From: Xylographa opegraphella
Taxonomy: Eukaryota
Length of the DNA stretch: 64,000 nucleotides
Assembly: GCA_022813865.1 (NCBI GenBank)
Contig: JALDZX010000047.1
Span: 1 to 64,000 of the forward strand
Reading direction: 5' to 3'
Shown one piece after another: positions 37,814 to 49,024 of this stretch (within the stretch, counting starts at the first letter, position 1; each line of letters begins with the position of its first letter). The position numbers were made by a program, and so were the translations under genes. The notes beneath the pieces were generated by a model that was not told the origin of the DNA, did not search any database, and saw only the letters and a list, made by a program, of their open reading frames with translations.

Positions 37814-38242
37814 GACTATCCAGTTTTAGACATCCCGCATCAATCAAATACACGATACAGAGTAATAACGCACGGTGAATGATGCTGTAGCGTGGGGGCA
37901 TGGAAATATTATAGAAATGTTTCGTCGAATTGACTAGCCTTCTTCATCACCAGGTCCCGCTGTGCACAGAGAGAGTTGATATGCATGGATAAAGTTCTAT
38001 TCAAAAGGGAAATCATACACTGCAAAGATGGTAGTATTTTGGAACATTCTAAACTACAGAGCTTTGAAATTTGTTGGTTGACTTAATTATCTACACTATT
38101 CCCCTGAAGAGTTAGAACATATCTCTAGCAGATTTCGTTGCGCAATCACCAACAATGCCGCTTGTATGTATGTAGCCGCTGGGAAGCCCCGCTGCCTTCA
38201 GTGTTCGTTTTCGTATCACACGATGCAGCAGAGCGTACCCAC

Positions 38243-40501
38243 TTACATCATGTGCTTAGGTAAAAATGCCCATATTGTTCCTATGACCGCCATGATGGAA
38301 CAGATAATAATCAAAAACCAATCCAAGATTCTCTCCTTCATGCTGATATCCTTACCAAATAGCTTTAAATAAAATGACAGGGGAAGAACAACGCAAATGG
38401 TAAAACAAAAGGCTGAACCCATAAGCGCCATTACTCGGTCGAATGACGGGCAGAGAATGGCAATAACCAGGATAACTATGGTGGTCAGCGCTCGAATGGA
38501 AATCTTGAGGCACCCGCGAGTGAATCCGGACAGGCCTACTAATCCTGGCGTATCTGGTACATGTCCAGGTTGTAAGCCAAAGAAGCTCTCGATTGTGGTA
38601 AAGATAGGTCGAGCACTACTAATTGATTAGCGACGAATAACAATCTAAGAGGATAGATTCACTTTAGTGGTATTTTGGTAATGGGAATAATAGCAATGCA
38701 TATAACAATAAGCACCGAAATCGAATTTGGATACCCTTCGGTCACAAAAATATTTGAAGTCACTTCATCAAGGATACCGCTGCCGAACATGAGAAACCCT
38801 GCTATAGCCATACTCAAATCCAAGATGTACTATATTTGGTAAGATACAGCGAACCGATGAGGGAGTCTATAATCCAACTCACGGTAAAACCAAATGTCCA
38901 CTTCAAGCTCCTGCGATATTTCTTTGGATGTCGCATATCTCGGTATATATTCGGAAATACCGAGTGGCCGCCCCAAGGAGCTTCAAACAAAGTCAATTCT
39001 GGACGTACAGAAGAGAGAATGCACCTACACATCAAAAGACCAAAGCTTAGAGGCAAAGTATACCAACTCTGAGGGAAAAGGTATGTGGTAGCAGGCTCAC
39101 GCAACGATCCAGGCGTATGCGGCTTTAGCAGTCCGTCGATGAAAACAAACACTACGACTAGAATTCCGTTAGCATAATCTACATCAGTGTAGAGATAAAC
39201 GATACTCACTTCCGAAACAACATATAATTCCCAATGAGCTTGAGTACCCTAGCAATCGTAATGGAACAAAGCACAATGGTAGCATTATAATACCACACAG
39301 TATCTTCCATTCCAAGAGGCCCCATCCAGGTATCAGAGCATCAAGGCTATCGGCGAATAATACAAATAGTGCGACACAAGCTGCAATGAGCTCAAGGCTG
39401 AATAATATACCAATAATGACTTTCGCTCGCGAACCAAACGAAACATATGCGATATCTGCAAAGGTGATTAGACCTCTGTCAACATCTAGACATTTCCCAA
39501 GGAGCGTGGCGGTGTATGCAGTTATTATGGCAGCAAACGACAAGAATAGCAAGCCAATGAGCCAGCCAGCATAATTTATACCCAAAGGAAGACTGAGAAG
39601 GCCAACTCCGATTAGTACATTTGTACTATTCAACACCGTCTGGTAGATTGTGCTTTGCCCGACGACCGTCAAAACAACTTTTCCGTCCTCTTGCTCAACT
39701 CGTTTGACCAGCAATGGTTCGAGTTCCTTATCGGGTTCCTGAAGACCAGTGATTTGTTGCTCGTGGAATAATCGCGAAGCATGTCGCTTAGACGACTCGT
39801 TGAGACGAGCTGACAATGAGCCATATGTGCCATTGTTGATGGAGCCTATAGAAGAACCCAGATAGGATGCTTGCGAGAAAATATCATCGTCGCCACCGAT
39901 TGGAGAACTTGCGACGCGATTTTGAGATGCTATCCGGGAGATGTCCTCGGTCTCCTCGATATCCTCCTGCACAGCAAGATCTGATGATGTACCTTCTTGT
40001 TCGAGTTGTTGACGCAACAATGATCTGTGGGTGGTCTGACCACATTCCTCATCCTGTTGTTGCCCGATAGCCCCTTGGTCATCCTCGGTCACTAGAAATG
40101 AGGACCGACTTGGCGTTATCTCATGGAAATTGATTGCTCTTTGCCATGATCTCGCGAAACTCTCGACACTGTTGACACCGCCTACTTGTGTGAGGGCATT
40201 GATACGGAGCGCGATAGACGACCTATAGAAAGGCCAGGGTTAGTACAGCAATTCCTTCAGATGTAACAGGTATTGACTTGCGTAAACAGAAGAGAGGGTG
40301 AGCTTACCGTCTCCTCCGAAGATCAACTTCTTGAGTGCCACTATCTCGATTGTGGTGTTGTCCAAGAAGTCCATCGTTCTCTCCGTGGGGAGATGAATCG
40401 CCGCGACGTCGTCCCCTGCTCAGGATAGACGTGAAAGAGCCATGCCTTGGCGATGATCTCCCACGTTCGTACTCGTCCCACGTTAGGGTGTTTTTCGCCA
40501 T
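38243..40501 (-). CDS. AVT1: Vacuolar amino-acid transporter, AAAP family (AVT1-like), multi-exon; 3' end approximate
   Basis: GQSTIYQTVLNSTNVLIGVGLLSLP, ELIAACVALFVLFADSL, PWGGHSVFPNIYRDMRHP, MALMGSAFCFTICVVLP. Confidence 0.88.
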
Positions 40502-41309
40502 CGAGTACTCCTCTATGGGCAAGTTGAGAGCTCACTCTTCCATTGTAGTAATGCGCTACGGATCACAAGGTTTCCTTAGGTCCTTCTGACCATCAAGTAG
40601 TCATGTATAGAACAATTTCGGCAGTAGGGTTATCGTCAAGGAATTTAGGTATGCGATATCGGGTCACTAGTGGGGTGACATGCAAGAGATCATGTGTCAC
40701 ACCACAGAGTGTGCACGGAAAGGTGACACGACATAGAGATCTCAAGAGCGAGAGTAAAGAAATGGTGCATATATAGAATACTGCGGTTAGAGAAAAGTAG
40801 CGAAGCAGAATTCCAACAATGACACTTTGACAGGGAGTATGGAGTAAGCGGGGACCCGCCGTGGCGATAAGAGCTTGAGAACTTTCCTCCACCCTGGTAA
40901 AACCACGGTAGTCACATCCAGTATTGCTTGTAAAGGCTAAATCAGTACGCAGACACAGAAGACACCACAACCTTAGCTCCTAGATTGAGTAATGTTTGAC
41001 ACATGTGGATATGGTAATAATGAATCTGTTGATTGTGACTTTAGAAACCAAAAGTGACGTATAGGGCTGTGGATGTTAGTCAAAAGTTAGTCACCTATGA
41101 GAATGCGCACAAAACTTCGTTTTGTATAATGGTCAGCATCTGATCAAGGCCGTAATCGTCGTCCGGAGTTTGCGAGTTCATTGAAGTCGCTGAGCTTCTG
41201 CTTCTCGTCTGAAATAGAATCGCTATTCTGTTACGGGACGTGATAGCACCTTTCTATTGTCGAACAGAACCACTCTCTGCGCTCTTCGGAAGCGTCCCCC
41301 TTCGTCACA

Positions 41310-42718
41310 ATGAGTGCCCCACAAGCAAATGAGGCAGAAAAGAATATCGAGATTTGGAAGGTCAAGAAGCTGATCAAGCGCTTGGAGGCCGCGAGAGGCA
41401 ACGGAACATCCATGATCTCGCTCATCATACCGCCGAAAGATCAGGTCTCTCGAGCCGCAAAAATGTTAGCTGAAGAATTTGGCACGGCCTCGAATATCAA
41501 GTCTCGGGTCAATCGCCAATCAGTCCTTTCAGCTATTACCTCGACCCAGCAACGTCTTAAGCTGTACACCAAAGTACCACCGAATGGTTTGGTCGTATAT
41601 TGTGGCGAAATTATCACCTCCGAAGGTAAAGAGAGGAAGATCAACATAGATTTCGAGCCTTTCAAGCCTATCAATACATCACTCTACCTTTGTGACAACA
41701 AATTTCATACGGAGGCTCTAAGCGAGTTGTTGGAATCGGACCAGAAGTTTGGATTTATCATCATGGATGGTAATGGAGCCCTCTTTGGGACACTGAGCGG
41801 TAATACACGCGACGTGGTACACAAGTTTTCCGTTGATCTGCCTAAGAAGCATGGCCGTGGTGGACAGTCCGCCTTGCGTTTTGCTCGTCTTCGTGAGGAA
41901 AAACGTCATAACTATGTGCGGAAAGTTGCAGAACTAGCAGTCCAGAACTTTATCACCAACGACAAAGTCAACGTTGCAGGTATTGTCCTCGCAGGATCCG
42001 CTGATTTCAAGAACGACCTCAACCAGTCAGACTTGTTTGACAATCGTCTTCAATCCAAAGTCATTAAGGTTGTTGATGTGTCATATGGAGGGGAGAATGG
42101 ATTTAACCAGGCGATCGAGCTAGCGGCCGAAACCCTCAGCAATGTTAAGTTCATTCAAGAGAAGAAGCTGATCGGCAAATACTTTGAGGAAGTCAGTCTT
42201 GCGGGTGGTCGGGTAAGCGATGATCTCTGTCTGCTATTTGATGCACACATATAGCTAATGGCATGCCAGGTATGCTACGGTGTTGAACAAACTTTGAAAG
42301 CATTGGAAGCAGGAGCAGTTGAAACGCTCATTGTGTTTGAGAACTTGGAAGATACTCGATGGGTTCTGAAGACGTCCGATGGCACGGAGATCGTTCTGAT
42401 TACGAACAAATTACAAGAGCAGAATCGAGAGCAGTTCATGGATAAAGAAACTGGTCAGGAGATGGACGTTGTCGACCAAGCTCCCTTCCTCGAGTGGCTA
42501 GCAGAGAAGTACAAGGACTTTGGGGCAACTCTAGAATTTGTCTCCGACCGATCCAGTGAAGGTAACCAGTTCGTCAAGGGTTTTGGAGGTGTTGGAGCTA
42601 TGCTCCGTTACGTACTCAACTTTGAGCAAATGGCTGATGACGACGAAGACGAGTTTTACGATGGTTAGATCAATATGCCAGCATCTTTTGTGAAGCTAAT
42701 TTTGGCGGATTAGATTGA
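41310..42718 (+). CDS. SUP45: Eukaryotic release factor 1; introns 42213-42269 and 42664-42713; spliced end EFYDD-TGA
   Basis: [34 protein letters not shown], acidic tail. Confidence 0.97.
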
Positions 42719-42906
42719 CGGTTTAGAAGCCTCGCACTGAGCGAGGATCCGCTTCCGGATTTCCCAGAAAGGGAACATTCGACGGCTCTTCGCATCCCGT
42801 CTCACCACTCTGCCGAGCTTATCAACGAATATATGACAGGCAAGGCTGGACCAAGCCATCAAAAAGCTCGGCTTTGATCACAGAATGAGGGCTTGAGGCG
42901 ATTTGT

Positions 42907-42974
42907 GTAAGCTAAGCACAGAGCTCCCCAAAATACTTTGACGGGGTGATTTCGAACTAACTAAGGATTACTAG
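42907..42974 (+). other. Predicted 3'UTR intron of SUP45
   Basis: GTAAGC donor, ACTAAC branch at 42956-42961, TAG acceptor; 68 nt, typical local size. Confidence 0.7.
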
Positions 42975-43260
42975 AGATCTTACAAAGTTGGTCGTGTCAC
43001 CCACGGACCATTTGCTGGAATGAGCAAGCCATTGATAAAGATTTGGAACCAAGTAACCGAAAAACTTCCGATATTTGGCTCGATTGACGGAGAAATCTGT
43101 TTGTCGGGCATCAAACGACGTCAATATGAGCGACGAATACTAAGTATGCCTCTGTATTGCATGTAGTGTTGTTAAACTATCTGGAGATGTATACACAGAT
43201 TGTGTATATATCGACTTTGCAGATTTATGGATGATCAAAGAAAGAAATTGCAAGGGGTAT

Positions 43261-44187
43261 CTATAGCATCACAATACTGAAATTATTCCTTGCTCCACCA
43301 GGCCGCAGTTCCACTCTTCTATATGGTTGTCGCTGGGTTTTCTCTGCTCTTTTGAATTGCCAGAGGTAATACACAAGCTTCTTACTCAACTTCTTCTGGA
43401 CCAACTCGTAGCCCTCGTTCATTATGATTCGTTCCAGCGTCTCCTCATCGAGATATCTGGAGTTTAACACACAAGGCGCGGGAAGCACCAGAAACATTGC
43501 CGGAAGAGCGTCTTCTATTTTCCCTTTTCCCCAAACTTGTAATCGTTCGATATTTTGGCTCATTCTCAGGAAGCTGCCCACCCGCCTCAGCATGGCACCC
43601 CTTTCTTTGGCATCCCCAATGTAATTCACTACCAGGCTCAGACTCACAAGATCAAAGCCCTCTTCATGAAGAAGCCCTATTTCAGGTAGTGGCCTTTTCA
43701 TAAAATCCTGCTCCAAGATATCTGCATGCTTTGAATGCAAGTCTATCCTCTCAACATCAAAATAGCCGCTGCGAGAGCATGCGTTGTCGACCGAGAGCGC
43801 TCCGACTTCGAGCAGCCTCAACTTCCGATGCGATTGCGTCGTCATATGCGTAGGATTTTCTTTCAGTATAGGAGTGAGCCATTCCATCAAAACCCGGGAA
43901 GTGTCACCGCCTCGCCTGGCTGATTGTCCCAAAATGCTAGCGTGCTGGTAGCTGGACAAGCCACCAGCAGCGTCAATTTGAGATTGTAGAGACGTCGCAA
44001 GTGAAGCATCTTTGGTGGCGACAGCTTGGGATAACTGTTTTTGCAAAGTATGGTGCTTGCGGATCACGTTGCGGGTTGCGCGAGACGAGAGTGATGGGAG
44101 AGGCTGGGGATTTGGTGGCCGGGTGTGCGAGAGGAGGGTGGGCTTTTTTGACCGTCGCTTTTTGGCGCCCATTTGGGAATTATTCAT
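43261..44187 (-). CDS. BMT2: 25S rRNA adenine-N1 methyltransferase
   Basis: GGLSSYQHASILGQ..RGGDTS, LLEVGAL, ILEQDFM, SLSLVVNY, VLPAPCVLNSRY, NNFSIV; ATG at 44187 or 44172. Confidence 0.92.
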   Translation of the reverse strand: MNNSQMGAKKRRSKKPTLLSHTRPPNPQPLPSLSSRATRNVIRKHHTLQKQLSQAVATKDASLATSLQSQIDAAGGLSSYQHASILGQSARRGGDTSRVLMEWLTPILKENPTHMTTQSHRKLRLLEVGALSVDNACSRSGYFDVERIDLHSKHADILEQDFMKRPLPEIGLLHEEGFDLVSLSLVVNYIGDAKERGAMLRRVGSFLRMSQNIERLQVWGKGKIEDALPAMFLVLPAPCVLNSRYLDEETLERIIMNEGYELVQKKLSKKLVYYLWQFKRAEKTQRQPYRRVELRPGGARNNFSIVML

Positions 44188-44417
44188 TGGATGCGGTAGA
44201 TGTAGCCAGCCACAAGGCCAACTGCTGGTAACTAGAATCAGCCCATGCCAAAAAGCTGAATCTGGAAGAGACAGGTTGTCGCCGTGAATGTGGATGATGG
44301 ATGGACTAAAGTTTAGCCGCTCCTTAGCCCACAAACTAGGGCTCTCTTGCGAAGCGAGCGAAAAAGCGCGAACATCTAATTGAATATCATCGACTTTGAT
44401 AATTCGATCCAGCAACA

Positions 44418-45229
44418 ATGGCGCCCAAGGAGGAGAAGACCAAGAAGGGTGAGTAATACTGCTACGGTATCTTGAGCGTTACGTGTGTAGAAGTTGGATG
44501 ATGCATTCTCGCCACGGCGGAGCTATCATGCACAACCACCGATATTGGAGAACTGCAACGTCTTCCGGCCAATAATCATGCTGAGTGTGTTAATTTCAGT
44601 GGATATGTTCGCTAACAATCTGATGATTAGACGACAAGTCTAAGTCGAAAGGCAAGAAGCCCAATGCCAAAGCCTCTGCCGCTGCGAAGGCTACTCTCAA
44701 AGGTGTACGTTGTGTCCAGTGGCTTACCACTTCAAACTCTTCGACTGACATAATTCTGTGTAGGTGAACTCCCACAAGATCCGGAAAGTCCGCCTTTCCA
44801 CAACCTTCCACCGGCCCAAGACCCTGCAACTTTCCCGCGCACCGAAATACCCTCGAAAATCAGTTCCTCATGAACCTCGCCTCGATCACCACAAGGTCAT
44901 CATCCATCCGTTGAACACCGAGAGTGCAATGAAGAAGATTGAGGAGAACAACACGCTGGTTTTTATTTGCGATGTCAAGGCAAACAAGAGGCAGATTAAG
45001 GAGGCGCTAAAGAAGCTGTATGATGTGGATTGTGTGAAGATTAACACATTAATCAGGTATGTCATGATCCTTTCACAGGGAGAGTCAATGTTGCGGGGTG
45101 TATTGCACGATCTAAGAAACTAATCTGTGAAAATTCGACAGACCCGACGGATCGAAGAAGGCATATGCGAGATTGACGCCTGATGTGGATGCGCTGGATA
45201 TTGCGGCGACGAAGCTATCCATTGTCTAG
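44418..45229 (+). CDS. RPL25: 60S ribosomal protein L25 (uL23); four exons
   Basis: [55 protein letters not shown]. Confidence 0.97.
44493..44589 (+). ncRNA. Candidate intronic box C/D snoRNA in RPL25 intron 1
   Basis: Oversized 182-nt intron; box C-like ATGATGC at 44498, box D CTGA at 44581; 13/14-nt antisense to a conserved 18S segment at 44527-44540. Confidence 0.5.
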
Positions 45230-45864
45230 AGTGCTGCGTGGATTTGGCTTGGGTAGAGCATAGCATAGAAGCTGTGTCCCACCGAATGAAATATCTTCGA
45301 AATTGCCTCCACATGCCAAAGGAAATGGGCAAACAAAGACACGTGGAGCAGTTGCTAGTATATGGGCATCTGAGCATCAAGATCAGAAAGATCTTCCTAT
45401 AACTTGGTAATAAAATTCCATGATGATACCCGCCAGTCGGATGTCTCCGTTGGCTTCACTCTATATTCGGAGTTGCCTATCGGATGCCAGTATCTCCAAC
45501 TCTCAAACAGTAGATGTGTAGCACAGCCATTTTGTTTGAACGAAGTATCCTATAATAGGAACCCCGATGTTAAGCCTCTATACTGGTGACATGAATTGCT
45601 TTTCGTGCTACCTGAGCGGTATAGTCCACTGGTGACTCAAAGGCTCCTCCATTATGACCTGTTATGCGTTCTAAGATATACAGTCGTCCGCAAGTAAAAC
45701 CCAGAACATGATATGAGCTTCAAACCAAGTCCCACCTTTTATCTATCGCAGTTGTTTTGATCTTTGGGCAGCTCTCCCATTAACGTACTCTGAAGTGGCC
45801 GTTCAGCATCTAGCAAATGTTCGAAGCCGTCCCGATGAGGCCGAAAGTCGTCCGAATCATGTTG

Positions 45865-46221
45865 TTACATGCCGCCTCCTCCTCTCAGCTCCTCTAGATG
45901 CTTCAGGATATTCATCTGCGTGTCCATGAACCTGTCCACACAGTTCGATGCACAAGCTTCTTCGCTCTTGTCCAGCTTGCCAGCCGAGATACGCGAGGTT
46001 ATGCACTTTTTCCAGCAGGTGTCGGTGAGGTTTGATATTGCTGTGAAAGTGTGCATTAGCGTTACATCGTACGGGAATGGAAGGAGCCATTGGAATCAGC
46101 GGGGAGTGGTGGAGAGAATACTCTTCGCAATCATAGATTGTTGCTGCTCTTGCACGATAAATTGCTGAAGGTCTTTCTTGTCGGCATCGGTGAGCTTCGA
46201 GAGGTCGATGTTCGACTCCAT
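45865..46221 (-). CDS. TIM8: Mitochondrial small Tim chaperone; one intron
   Basis: DKKDLQQFIVQEQQ; twin CX3C: CWKKC..LDKSEEACASNCVDRFMD. Confidence 0.92.
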
Positions 46222-46696
46222 GACAGGAGTCAAGTGAGGGATGCGAAGGTATGTGTTGTCGGTCAATGTGTCGTATGTGTTTTCGATGGTGATCCAATGC
46301 CTGTCGCTGCGCCACACCAAGACCTAAGGTATCGTCAGAGCTTCAACGCATACGCTGTTCTTCACTGTTCGGAGCCTAGCGCGATGAAGCATGAATGGGC
46401 CGGCATGGCGGGTCCGAGGTCGTGTTGCTGCTGCCTCTTTTGCGCCGCTGAGCCGTGTCTAGCGCAGGCTCTAGCTGCAAGATCAGGGGCGCATCCTTGC
46501 ACGACCCACCCAGCAGCTAAGAATAATAATATCCCCACCCTCCCCGTTTCCTTTTCAACCACTTCTTTTTCCCCATCTCTGCTTTAAAACGCATCACATT
46601 CGCTGCATCTCTACTGTCGCTTCATCTGCCCATATCATTTCACCTGCATCTCTCTTGTACATAGTAATCCTCTACATCTCCTCCACAAGATTCAAG

Positions 46697-47619
46697 ATGA
46701 AGTACGCACTCGCTCTCGCTGCTCTTGCGGCTACCGTGCTCGCCAACCCCGTTCCTCAAGCTATCACCGCCGACATCACCCCAACGGCTGCTGCTCCTCC
46801 AGGATGCATGCCAACATTCCCTGGCACCTTTGTCATCACCATCACAAATGTCACGACAACTTCAGGGAAGCGGGATGTTGCAGAAGCTGCTCTTGACAAG
46901 GTTCGTCTCCCGTCTCCCCATTCATCGTCGACAAGAATCTAACATGAGCATAGCGAGTCGTCAGCTGCGGAAGCTCTGGCACCCTCGTCGAGACCCTCTC
47001 TGGTGGACAGCTCTTTGACTCCCATGGACGTACCGGATACATTGCTGCGAATTACCAATTCCAGTTCGATGGTCCTCCTCAGAATGGTGCCATCTACACC
47101 GGTGGCTTTTCCGTTTGCGCGAATGGCACTTTGGCTCTCGGCGACTCGGCCATTTTCTACCAGTGCCTCAGTGGAACATTCTACAATCTCTACGACCAAT
47201 CTACTGGCGACCAGTGCTCGCCTGTTTACATCAACGCCATCCAGTGCGTCGGTGCATCCGGTGTCACCACGACAACCACTGCCACAAGTACCACCGCTAC
47301 AGCAACACCTTCCTCTATGTCCATGTCGTCGACGACTGTCAGCACTAGCACAATGACACCATCAAGCTCCAGTACCATGACCACCGCAGCTGTCATAATC
47401 CCACCTTCAAGCATGAACATGACTGTCGCTACCAGCGCCCCGACAGCTGCCAGTACGGCTTCTGTTGTCATCCAGAGCAGCGATGGACAGCCCCAGAACC
47501 CTACGGGCACCGCCTCGGCCACCATCACCTTATCAACTGGTGCGGCTAGCGTTCTTGCAGCCGGCAAGGAGCTGATCGCTTTTGCTGGTGCCGGTGTTGC
47601 CGCTCTTCTCCTGATCTAA
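46697..47619 (+). CDS. PIR/Cis3-like cell-wall protein with probable GPI signal; one intron about 46901-46953
   Basis: Signal peptide, KR Kex2 site, [48 protein letters not shown] repeat QSSDGQPQ, hydrophobic C-terminus. Confidence 0.88.
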
Positions 47620-49024
47620 ACTTCTTACGACGTCACATTACGAGGTCAATTAATTGCTAGTGAGGTAATGGCTGGTTACTACGATTTCAGAACGACGCAG
47701 GACATGCACCAGGGGGATTGGATCTAGCACGGCATTTGACCTGGAGGGATGTCATCGCATGAAACACGTAGGATAGAAAGCGCTTCTTTCCAACTTCTTT
47801 GGCGGGTTGAGATGTATGCATTCACTCATTAGGGCGGCGAAGTCTGTTTTTTTCTTGCACAGATTCTTGCCGGGGGGTTGTCGGGTTATGGCCCGTACCA
47901 TAATAGGTTCGCAAAGAAAAGTTGACCATCTCACAAAGTTCCGAAGTTGGAGTGAGAAATGGGGCGAAACGATGACGAAACCGTATTGAAACGCCGGGTC
48001 GGTCGCCGGTTAATGAGACAGTCTTGGTATCTAAATTAGCGAAATTGATGGACTATCTTAGGTAATGCAACAACAAGAACAACAAAACAAGAATATCTCA
48101 ATTACGACACAGAAACATTCCATCTTGAATCGACACAACCGCCTTGCCTTTCTATCTCCTCTCAAGACCCTGCCCCTTCAGAATGAATTCTCCTCCCTCA
48201 CCACCCCCCCGCACCCTTCCAACTCGAGCACTTCCCAGTACCGTACAGTACGGAGTGCTCCGTACAGTAGCGCGCAGTAAGGGTAAGACTTAAGTACGTG
48301 GCCAACCCACCCCAACGCTCCACTTCCACTTCCACTCGATTTTCCCACCCCCGTATTCCCAATCCCGGCCCCCCCCTCCTCCTCCCAATCTCTCCCAGAT
48401 TAGCGCCGAGCCCCAACTAAAACCTCGGCTTAGGTAGGTAGCGTCCGTGCTGACTGGTTGGGGGCCGGAAAACCTTGCTCTTCTCGGTGCGTGGCGTTTG
48501 CTCCGATGCGCGATAGAGCGAGGCGCTAGGCCGCTATGGGGAATGAGCTGGGGGGGCCGGAGCGATTATCGGCATATTTTTATGGAGGGGAACAGGGGGG
48601 GTTGTGGGGGATGGGCGAGGCTGGTGGCGTGGTGGTGATGTGGTGATTTTGGTGGAGATGGCCGCATGGGGGTGGTGAGAATACGATCTGCTTTTGGAAG
48701 GGGAGGTTTGCTAGGCAACGCAGGACTACGGTGGTTGAGCAGGCGACGGGTAAAAAGTAGCCTCATTGGAGGGAGCATTTTCCGGCCGCGGCGGGAAAGG
48801 CTTTCGTTGCGGTTCGTTCGGAGTTCCGGAGCCGTTTGCTCGTTCGTTGCTGTGGAGAAGAATAATGGCGGAGTTGGTGGGGGTCATGGCTTCGGGAATC
48901 ACAGCGCGCTATCGATAGTACGAAGGAATTGGCAGGTCGGGTTGCGCGTAGCCTTGTGCACCTACTAGACTACAATACGAGATGTGAATCACTTTTGAGG
49001 GCTCGTGCCGTCTGATGGCGAGCG

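Noticed and set aside
41310..41710. Possible variant genetic code suggested by eRF1
   Set aside because: GTS, TASNIKS and YxCxxxF are canonical, and genes here end in TAA, TAG and TGA
44188..44418. 77-codon upstream extension of the BMT2 ORF (385-aa call)
   Set aside because: Non-ATG start that spans the whole shared promoter; homology begins near MGAKKRR
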